This document shows positions 56,939-64,000 of a stretch of DNA of 64,000 bases, piece by piece; position 1 is the stretch's first letter, and each line of letters begins with the position of its first letter. The DNA lies in contig OZ243956.1 of assembly GCA_965214405.1 (NCBI GenBank), positions 1,728,001 to 1,792,000 of the forward strand. Direction: 5' to 3'. The stretch comes from Trueperaceae bacterium (lineage in GTDB: Bacteria > Deinococcota > Deinococci > Deinococcales > Trueperaceae). The notes under the pieces were generated by a model that saw only the letters and a program-made list of their open reading frames with translations, ran no database searches and had not been told where the DNA came from. The position numbers were made by a program, and so were the translations under genes.

Positions 56939-58534
56939 ATGAAAGTCCGTAGGGGTCGCCGTTTGGTCTTCGCCCTCCTTGTTACTGGCCTGCCATTAGC
57001 CACAGCCCAAACGGGCGGGATGTCCGGGGGAGCTTCGGGGACGCCGCTGAGCGTGCCCTCGAGCCCCATCACCAGTGCCACCACCAATCCTATAGCCACG
57101 CTCCGCAACAACACCCAGAGTGCGCCGGGCGACGCGAACGCCTGGGTGGATTTGGGGGAAGGGTATCTAGAAGCGGGCCGCCTGGACGACGCCAAAGAGA
57201 GCTTTTTAGAGGCGATTGCGGTTGATTACCTCTCGGGCAACGCGCACTTCGGGTTGGGCCTCACCGAATTCAAACGCGGCGACTTGCCCGCGGCACTGTT
57301 CGAATTTAGCGAGGTGACGCGCCTCTACCCTGAACGCTTCGACGGTCACTTCAACCGCGGAGTCACGCTCGTGCGGTTACGCCGCGCCGACGAGGCGGTA
57401 GACGCGTTTGCGGAGGCTGTCGCGCAGGGCGAAGAGGTCTCGGGCGACGACCTGGTGAACGCTTATTTGGGGCTCGCGGGGCAGCTCGAGGTGTTAGGGC
57501 GCTTTGACGAAGCCGCCGAAGCCTACGCCGCCGCCCTAACGATTCGCCCCAACGACGCCGACCTCATTTACGGACGGGCCAACGCACTCTACCGTGGGGG
57601 GCGCGGCCTAGAAGCGCTCCCCGAACTCACCGAACTCGAGGACGGCGGCGGCGACTACCGCGTGAGCGCGCTCGTGGCCGACATCTACGTCGAGGCGGGG
57701 CAAGTGGATTACGCGCTGCGCTCACTTGAGCGCGCCTTGCGCAAGGCCGCGGAAGAAACCGAAGGCTCGGCGGCGGCGCAAGCGGATATCCTCGTCAAGC
57801 TCGGCTTGCTGCAACGCGATTTAGGCCGAGACGAGGCGGCGGTGGCGACCTTTGAGCGCGCCGCGAGTACCGACCCGACCGCCTGGGAAGCGTTTTACAA
57901 CTTGGGCGTTTCTCAGCTCGAGGCGGGCCGGACGCAAAATGCGCTTGACACCCTACAGAGCGCGCTCGCCCTCAACCCCGAGAGCGGCGAACTGCACCTG
58001 GCCATCGGCACTGTGTACGACCTTTTGGGCGAGTCCCAAAACGCGCTCGCGGAGGGTCAGGCTGCCCAGCAGCGCCTCAGCGACCCGCAAGCCCTAGCCG
58101 AAGCCGCCTTTTTAACGGGCCGCTCGCTCTACCGCCTCGGCGATTACGCGGGGGCGCTTACGAACCTCGAGGCCGCGCTCGCCGTGACGCCCGACTCCGC
58201 CGCCGCGCAACTCTGGGCGGGTCTCGCCGCGTACGGTTTAGAAGACTACGAGAGCGCCGCGGGCTATTACGAACGCGCCGTGCAGCTCGAGCCAAACAAC
58301 ATCGAAGCGCAGGTCAACTTAGGAGCCGCCTACCTCGTCACCGAACGCTACACCGACGCCGCGCTCGTATACGACCTGCTCATCCAACAAAATCCGGAAG
58401 ACGCGGAGGCGCAGTACAACCTCGGCTGGGCGCTCTTCTCGCAGGGCAAGCGCGAGGAGGCGAAGACAGCCTGGCGCGAGTCCCTCACGCTCGGCTACGC
58501 CCCCGCGGGCACGGCGCTCAGCGAATACTTCTGA
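56939..58534 (+). CDS. Exported TPR-repeat protein
   Basis: N-terminal signal peptide; many canonical TPRs (AFYNLG, AQVNLG, AQYNLG). Confidence 0.9.
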   Translation: MKVRRGRRLVFALLVTGLPLATAQTGGMSGGASGTPLSVPSSPITSATTNPIATLRNNTQSAPGDANAWVDLGEGYLEAGRLDDAKESFLEAIAVDYLSGNAHFGLGLTEFKRGDLPAALFEFSEVTRLYPERFDGHFNRGVTLVRLRRADEAVDAFAEAVAQGEEVSGDDLVNAYLGLAGQLEVLGRFDEAAEAYAAALTIRPNDADLIYGRANALYRGGRGLEALPELTELEDGGGDYRVSALVADIYVEAGQVDYALRSLERALRKAAEETEGSAAAQADILVKLGLLQRDLGRDEAAVATFERAASTDPTAWEAFYNLGVSQLEAGRTQNALDTLQSALALNPESGELHLAIGTVYDLLGESQNALAEGQAAQQRLSDPQALAEAAFLTGRSLYRLGDYAGALTNLEAALAVTPDSAAAQLWAGLAAYGLEDYESAAGYYERAVQLEPNNIEAQVNLGAAYLVTERYTDAALVYDLLIQQNPEDAEAQYNLGWALFSQGKREEAKTAWRESLTLGYAPAGTALSEYF

Positions 58535-58601
58535 GTCTATACACGCTCTTGACGCACGGCTCTTGAGGTGACAAGGGAGTGGAGGGGAAGAGCTTTTATT
58601 C

Positions 58602-58629
58602 ACTCTCCACTCGGTACTCGGCACTTCTC
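58602..58629. repeat. Degenerate heptamer array (ACTCNNN)
   Basis: actctcc actcggt actcggc acttctc. Confidence 0.65.
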
Positions 58630-58740
58630 TACCCCCTCTCCGCCAGCCCCACCGCCTCCTACATCGTTCCCCCACAAGCGTCCCCTGGAGACCCCATGCG
58701 TTTAGCTCGCCCCTCTTCTACTCGTAAACGCGACCCGGCG

Positions 58741-59604
58741 ATGATAAGTCTGGGGACATTCAGAATGCTGCTCGAGGGCCTCAAAAAACAACCCAAAATC
58801 AATGTATTTCTGGCTTCTTTTTCGCTCGTCGCGCTTATCGGGCTGTTTGACTACTTCATAAGCCCGGAGTTTTCTTTTTCGCTCTTTTACCTCTTGCCGG
58901 TGTTTCTGGTGGTCTGGTTTTTGGGCCGGGGCGCGGCGGAGCTTTTTGTCCTCGTGACGGCGGGCTTCTGGACCTTTTCCGAGTTTCTGTCCAACCCCGC
59001 GTTGCAGCATCCAGTGGCACCCTTTTGGAACCTATTTATGCGCATCGGGGTGCTCTACGCGTTCACCTTTCTCTTGCGCAGGCTCAGGCAAGAACGCGAC
59101 AGAGAAGCGCAACTCTCGCGGACGGACCCCCTCACGGGCGCGGCCAACTCGAGGGCTTTTCAGGAAATTGCGCAGCGCGAGTTGGAGCGCTCACAGCGTT
59201 ACGGGCGCGCCACGACGGTTTCTTATATCGATTTAGACAACTTCAAGCTCGTCAACGACCGTTACGGCCACCAGGTCGGCGACGAACTCCTGCAGGTCGT
59301 CGTCAGCACGCTCATGCGCAACGTGCGCGCGACCGACACCGTGACGCGCATCGGCGGCGACGAGTTCATCGTGCTCATGCCCGAGACGGACCACACGAGA
59401 GCCCAGCCCGCCGTCCAAAAGCTGCGCGCGCTTCTTTTGGGCGCGATGCGAGAGCGGGGCTGGCCGGTCACCTTTAGCATCGGCGTGATGACGTTTTGCA
59501 CGCCGCCCGCTTCGGTCGAGGTGATGGTACAAAAAGTAGACGGGCTCATGTACGCGGTTAAAAACGGCAGCAAAGACGCCATCAAGTTTGAATTTGAGAA
59601 TTGA
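58741..59604 (+). CDS. Membrane-bound diguanylate cyclase
   Basis: 4 TMs, TDPLTG, DLDNFKLVND.YGH, RATD (I-site), GGDEF; start uncertain. Confidence 0.92.
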   Translation: MISLGTFRMLLEGLKKQPKINVFLASFSLVALIGLFDYFISPEFSFSLFYLLPVFLVVWFLGRGAAELFVLVTAGFWTFSEFLSNPALQHPVAPFWNLFMRIGVLYAFTFLLRRLRQERDREAQLSRTDPLTGAANSRAFQEIAQRELERSQRYGRATTVSYIDLDNFKLVNDRYGHQVGDELLQVVVSTLMRNVRATDTVTRIGGDEFIVLMPETDHTRAQPAVQKLRALLLGAMRERGWPVTFSIGVMTFCTPPASVEVMVQKVDGLMYAVKNGSKDAIKFEFEN

Positions 59605-59674
59605 CGATAACGCCTAAAACCAGGATGATGTAAACTTCACTTTTGCTATAAGGCCGCGCCTGACATACTGAGTC

Positions 59675-60826
59675 ATGCGCCGGACGTTTCTCCTCCTGAC
59701 CCTTCTACTTGTTTGTACGTCCTTCCCGACTCTTGCGGCGGCCCAGAGCGTCCGTGTCGGCGTTGTGTTGTCCTCGAGCGGGAGCGCCGCGCGACTCGGC
59801 CGGGCGCAGCGGGACGCGCTCGAGACGTTTCAAAGGCAGTGGCGCAACGCGGGCGGCGTCTACAGCGACGCCGAAGTCGTATTTGTCGACGATATGAGCC
59901 TCACAACCAGGACCGCCACCGAGGTGAGGCGTCTCGCACAAGAAGGGGTTCACGCCGTTATCTGCTGCACGACGGACGAGGCCGCGCGCGCCGTGGCCGG
60001 AGTTGCCGCGGATTTGGGGCTGCCCGTCCTCTCGCTCAGCACCCCAAGCGAAATCGCTCGAGACGCCCCCTACTGGATGTTTAGCGTGGGTCCGAGCGAT
60101 AAGATTTTGCTGCAACGCATGGTGTTGGATATCGCGGCGGGCGGAGGCGGTGTGGCACTTATGGCACCGCGAAACACTTCTGGCGACGCGGCCAAGGATG
60201 CGCTCACCATGCTCCTCGCGCCGGGAAGCGTAGAACTTGTTGAAGCGCGCTTTCTTATCGGCACCTCTGTACTGACCCCCGAGGCGCTGTGGGTGGCGGC
60301 GCAAGAACCCGGCGGGGTCATCGTCTGGGGCGACGCGCGTGAGAGCGCGGTGGCGGTGCGGGGACTGCGGCAACGCGGCTACGACGGCGCTGTTTATTTG
60401 GACCCCACGCTGCTAGGCCCCCTCGAGCCCCCCTTCAACCTCGCGCCCCTTGACGGCGCGCGCGTCGTCGTCTCCCCCGCCGAACTGCCCCGAAGCCTTG
60501 GTGAGACCGACGCGACGCTTGAAGAAACGCGCGCCTTTCTCGCCACCACCGGGCGCTTCCGTTTTGGCGCGTCTCTTCCCTACGCCGTTCGCGCCTCCGA
60601 CGCGATGCTCCTCTTGGGGGAGGCGCTCGAGCAGACCACGCTCTACGGCGTCGTGCCAGGCGATCTCGGCTTCCGCCAGGCGCTGCGCGACGCGCTGGTG
60701 GGGCTTGGCCCAACCGCGGGTGCGGGCGCGGTCTACGACTTTTCCGAAACCGAACACGCGGGAGTTTTGGCGGCGTCTTTGAAGGTGGCGAGGCTCGAGG
60801 GTGGCAAGCCCGCGCCGGTGCAGTAG
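59675..60826 (+). CDS. LivK-like (Peripla_BP_6) substrate-binding protein
   Basis: Signal peptide; VRVGVVLSSSG.AA.LG; no transporter genes adjacent. Confidence 0.78.
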   Translation: MRRTFLLLTLLLVCTSFPTLAAAQSVRVGVVLSSSGSAARLGRAQRDALETFQRQWRNAGGVYSDAEVVFVDDMSLTTRTATEVRRLAQEGVHAVICCTTDEAARAVAGVAADLGLPVLSLSTPSEIARDAPYWMFSVGPSDKILLQRMVLDIAAGGGGVALMAPRNTSGDAAKDALTMLLAPGSVELVEARFLIGTSVLTPEALWVAAQEPGGVIVWGDARESAVAVRGLRQRGYDGAVYLDPTLLGPLEPPFNLAPLDGARVVVSPAELPRSLGETDATLEETRAFLATTGRFRFGASLPYAVRASDAMLLLGEALEQTTLYGVVPGDLGFRQALRDALVGLGPTAGAGAVYDFSETEHAGVLAASLKVARLEGGKPAPVQ

Positions 60827-60835
60827 GGGAAAACT

Positions 60836-60900
60836 TGATAGGGGGATAGGGAGGAAATAGTGAGTAAGACGCTACCCCCCAGCCTCTCTACTCCCCTACC
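60836..60900. repeat. Octamer-periodic purine-arm/pyrimidine-arm element
   Basis: tgataggg ggataggg ... ccccagcc tctctact cccctacc. Confidence 0.6.
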
Positions 60901-60942
60901 TCAACACCACCCGAGAACGCCTTTAACGGTACACTGTAACCA

Positions 60943-62019
60943 ATGACCGATAAACTTGAAACTTTACAAAAGGAATTCGAGGCGCTCGAGCGCTCGCTCG
61001 CCGACCCGGCGCTGCTAAGCGACCAGCCGCGCTACCGGGCGGCGATGGAGCGCTACAGCGAACTGGCCGCCATCGTGAAAGTCTACCGGGAGTACCGGAA
61101 CGTTCTGGACGGTATCAGCAACGCGGAAGAGGCGCTGGACGACCCTGAACTTGTTGAGATGGCTCGAGAGGAAATCGCGGCTCTGGAGCCCGAGCGGGAG
61201 AGGTTGGAGGGGCGGCTCGAGACCCTGCTCTTGCCCAAAGACCCCTTTGACGACAAAAACGTCATTATCGAACTCCGCGCGGCGGCGGGCGGCGACGAGG
61301 CCTCGCTCTTCGCCGCCGAGATGCTCAACGCCTACCTTCGCTACGCCGAAACTCTGGGTTTTAAGCCCGAAGTGCTCGACTCATACGAGAACTCTCTGGG
61401 CGGCCTCAGCAAGGTGTCTTTGGAGATTACCGGGCGGGGCGCGTACAGCAAATTCAAATTCGAATCCGGCGTGCATAGGGTCCAGCGCGTGCCCGCGACC
61501 GAGACGCAGGGGCGCATCCACACGAGCACCGTGACCGTGGCGGTCTTGCCCGAGGCCGAGGACGTTGACGTGGGTCTCTCGCCGAGTGACTACCGGGTGG
61601 ACGTGTTCCGCTCGTCGGGTCCGGGCGGCCAGTCGGTCAACACGACCGACTCGGCGGTGCGCATCACCTATAAGCCGGGTACGGGTGACGAGATCGTGGT
61701 GAGCTGTCAGGACGGCAAATCGCAGATTAAGAACAAAGACAAAGCCTTGACCGTGCTCCGGGCCAGGCTCTTGGAGCGCGAGCGCGAACGCGCCGCCGCC
61801 GAGGCGCGCGAGGCGCGGCTCGTACAAATCGGCACGGGCGAGCGCTCCGAAAAGATTCGCACCTATAACTTCCCGCAGTCGCGCGTGACGGATCACCGCA
61901 TCGGCTACACCACGCATAACCTTTCGGACATCATGCAGGGGAGCTTGGACGAGCTGACGGGGGCGCTCACCGAAGCGGAGCAGGGCCAGCGCCTGGACCA
62001 ACTCGGTGGCGCGGCGTGA
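60943..62019 (+). CDS. prfA: Peptide chain release factor 1
   Basis: GGQ motif (SGPGGQSVN), PAT motif in RVPATETQGR, RSEKIRTYN. Confidence 0.97.
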   Translation: MTDKLETLQKEFEALERSLADPALLSDQPRYRAAMERYSELAAIVKVYREYRNVLDGISNAEEALDDPELVEMAREEIAALEPERERLEGRLETLLLPKDPFDDKNVIIELRAAAGGDEASLFAAEMLNAYLRYAETLGFKPEVLDSYENSLGGLSKVSLEITGRGAYSKFKFESGVHRVQRVPATETQGRIHTSTVTVAVLPEAEDVDVGLSPSDYRVDVFRSSGPGGQSVNTTDSAVRITYKPGTGDEIVVSCQDGKSQIKNKDKALTVLRARLLERERERAAAEAREARLVQIGTGERSEKIRTYNFPQSRVTDHRIGYTTHNLSDIMQGSLDELTGALTEAEQGQRLDQLGGAA

Positions 62020-62479
62020 GTTTGTCGTTGCCGCCGCTATTTTGCTCGACGCGCGCGGTCGGGTGCTCCTGGTAGGCAACGACTGGCAAGGCTTTGGCAA
62101 CGTCCGTTACACCCTCCCCGGCGGCGTGGTCGAGCGGGGCGAGCAGGCCCCCGACGCGCTCATCCGCGAGGTCAAGGAGGAAACGGGGCTCAAAATCACG
62201 CGCATCAAGCACCTCGCCTACGCGGTTCACGTCGAGGACATGCGGCGCAACGACCGCGCGGTGTCGTTCGCGTTTCTGGCGGAGTATGATGGGCTTCTCA
62301 ACCCGCGCGACCCGGACGGCTTTATCGTCGAGGCGCGCTTCGTCCCGGTTGAGGAGGTCGCGCAGCTTATCCCCATCCCGCCGCTCCGCGACCCGCTCAC
62401 CGCTTACTTGCGCGACGCGCAGGCGGGCCGCTTTTACTCCTACGCAGGCTGGGATGGACGAGGGGAGCACCACGTATGA
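62006..62479 (+). CDS. NUDIX hydrolase
   Basis: LPGGVVERGE...LIREVKEETG; overlaps the prfA end. Confidence 0.88.
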   Translation: MARREFVVAAAILLDARGRVLLVGNDWQGFGNVRYTLPGGVVERGEQAPDALIREVKEETGLKITRIKHLAYAVHVEDMRRNDRAVSFAFLAEYDGLLNPRDPDGFIVEARFVPVEEVAQLIPIPPLRDPLTAYLRDAQAGRFYSYAGWDGRGEHHV

Positions 62480-62883
62480 CTTATGCAGGCAACGCAGACT
62501 TTGGCCGCGCGCGTTACGGCAGCGCGGGCAACTATGGGCGGACACGCCCGGACCGCCGGAGCGATTTAGACGACATCCGCCGCTTGGCGCACCTTTTGGA
62601 CGACGCGTTTCGCATCCCGGTCATCAACTACCGCTTCGGCCTCGACGCGGCCTTGGGCCTCATCCCGGTGGTGGGGGACGTGAGCGGGTTTGCCATCTCG
62701 AGCTACATCGTCTACAAAGCCGCCGCCCTGGGCGTGCCGCAGCGCACGCTCGCCCGGATGGTCTTTAACATCCTGCTCGACGCCGTGGTGGGCAGTATTC
62801 CCCTGTTGGGCTCGATTTTTGATATCTTTTGGAAGGCTAACTTGCGCAACATCCGGCTCATCGAGCGGCATTTGATGTCCTGA
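62476..62883 (+). CDS. DUF4112 protein (copy 1)
   Basis: LLDDAFRIP...RFGLD..GLIPVVGD...GSIP..G..FD..WKAN.RN. Confidence 0.88.
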   Translation: MTYAGNADFGRARYGSAGNYGRTRPDRRSDLDDIRRLAHLLDDAFRIPVINYRFGLDAALGLIPVVGDVSGFAISSYIVYKAAALGVPQRTLARMVFNILLDAVVGSIPLLGSIFDIFWKANLRNIRLIERHLMS

Positions 62884-62924
62884 TGGAACGGCCTGGGGGC
62901 GCATAGTTGCGCCCCTGCCTTTTT

Positions 62925-63407
62925 ATGCGAAAACCCACGACTCGAGCAAAAACTGCCACCCTGACACGCCTGCGGCGTTTGAGCCGCCTCCTCGACAGCG
63001 CGTTTCACATCCCCATCATCAACTACCGGGTGGGTTTGGACGCCGTCGTCGGCCTCGTGCCCGGCGTCGGCGACGCGGTGATGCTTGTGCCCGCGGGCTA
63101 CATTATCTTTGAAGCCTACCGGCTGGGCGCGCCCACGGGGACGCTCGCGCGAATGGTCTTTAACGTGGGTTTGGAAACTTTAATTGGCTCCGTACCAATC
63201 TTGGGTGACCTCTTTGATGCGACCTGGAAGGCTAATTTACGCAATTTGAGGCTGCTCGAGCAGCACCTTGGCCCCGGCACCACACCCACGTTTGACGCAC
63301 CTTCAAACCGTGGGCTCGTCCTCCTGCTCGGCGCGCTTTTAGTTTTGGGTGGCGGGGTATTTTTCCTCGTTTGGGCGCTCTTTAGGCTTATCGGGCGGAT
63401 TTTCTAG
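62925..63407 (+). CDS. DUF4112 protein (copy 2, extra C-terminal TM)
   Basis: Same motifs as copy 1. Confidence 0.88.
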   Translation: MRKPTTRAKTATLTRLRRLSRLLDSAFHIPIINYRVGLDAVVGLVPGVGDAVMLVPAGYIIFEAYRLGAPTGTLARMVFNVGLETLIGSVPILGDLFDATWKANLRNLRLLEQHLGPGTTPTFDAPSNRGLVLLLGALLVLGGGVFFLVWALFRLIGRIF

Positions 63408-63447
63408 CTTTTGGCTCAGGACGACGCGCAGCAACCGTCCGAACGTC

Positions 63448-63885
63448 TCACAGGTGTGACGCTTTATCCAAAGAAGGCGCGATGAGCGTCACTGTCGGAA
63501 AGTAAGTTTTGTAACGTCTGGTATCTCGAGTGAGAAGCAACAACCCCTCAACCGCCGCGTGTGCGCCGATAAAAAAATCGGGCAGCGTCGAACGTTTCGT
63601 GCCGCCCCTCTTGCGGTAGTCCAGAAAAGCTTTGCCCGCTAAAAATAGGGCTTCTTTGGGCAGAGGAAGCACCGACAGACCCGCCTCCTATAGCACCTGC
63701 TCGAGCGTCTCAATCTGGGAGAAGCCCACGGACACCTCAGTATAGATAATCGGGTTGATATGTAAACGGTGCATTTTTCCGTAGCGCCCCAACGTCATTT
63801 CCGACCACGCGTACCAGACGGGGTCATTCTCAAAAACGTCCAGTAGAACGTTGCTGTCAACTAGCGCGGCAGGATTAACTGTCAC
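63448..63885 (-). pseudogene. vapC: VapC/PIN toxin interrupted by an in-frame TAG
   Basis: LVDSNVLLD...IIYTEV and LPDFFIGAHA...LLTRD are in one frame, separated by TAG at 63690-63688. Confidence 0.85.
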
Positions 63886-64000
63886 CGCGCGTCAGCGCCA
63901 TGATTTCGTCGGTTGTCATTTTGACCGTCGCAACGCCGCGCAGACGGCTGAAAGGATTATCATCCGCTTCTTTTTTGACCAGGATGACTTTGTCGCCCTC
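63875..64000 (-). CDS. AbrB/MazE-like antitoxin, 3' part only (window edge)
   Basis: EGDKVILVKK...RLRGVATVKMTTDEIMALTRGDS*; overlaps the vapC start. Confidence 0.8.
   Translation of the reverse strand, partial: EGDKVILVKKEADDNPFSRLRGVATVKMTTDEIMALTRGDS

Noticed and set aside
63688..63690. Pyrrolysine or genetic-code reassignment at the vapC TAG
   Set aside because: TAG ends many other genes here, RF1 is intact, and there are no pyl genes.
1..64000. tRNA, rRNA, transposase or integrase genes
   Set aside because: None recognisable by eye; tRNAscan-SE, cmscan and ISEScan would be needed to exclude them formally.

Overview
GC-rich bacterial chromosomal window, most likely Deinococcota (Truepera-like). 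This is inferred from gene content such as the plsY-bshB1 pairing and many apparently leaderless genes; no search was run. It contains housekeeping genes (proS, prfA, rlmN, plsY, fni, hslO, bshB1), an AT-richer Type II restriction-modification pair and four toxin-antitoxin loci, three of them decayed or orphaned. Three tandem lipoprotein subtilases lie beside a circularly permuted ATP-grasp/alpha-E locus with three transglutaminase-like genes. A ~14 kb cluster of general-stress-like genes includes three proteins sharing an unnamed C-terminal domain. The signals least explained by the gene list are non-coding. The palindrome CTCGAG is very dense (about 145-150 copies by manual count, in all frames and between genes, HIP1-like). 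A dispersed family of intergenic purine-arm/pyrimidine-arm elements is built from 7- and 8-nt periodic units (STRR-like). Short tandem duplications recur, and there is one candidate structured RNA near 49.6 kb. All family calls come from motif recognition by eye.
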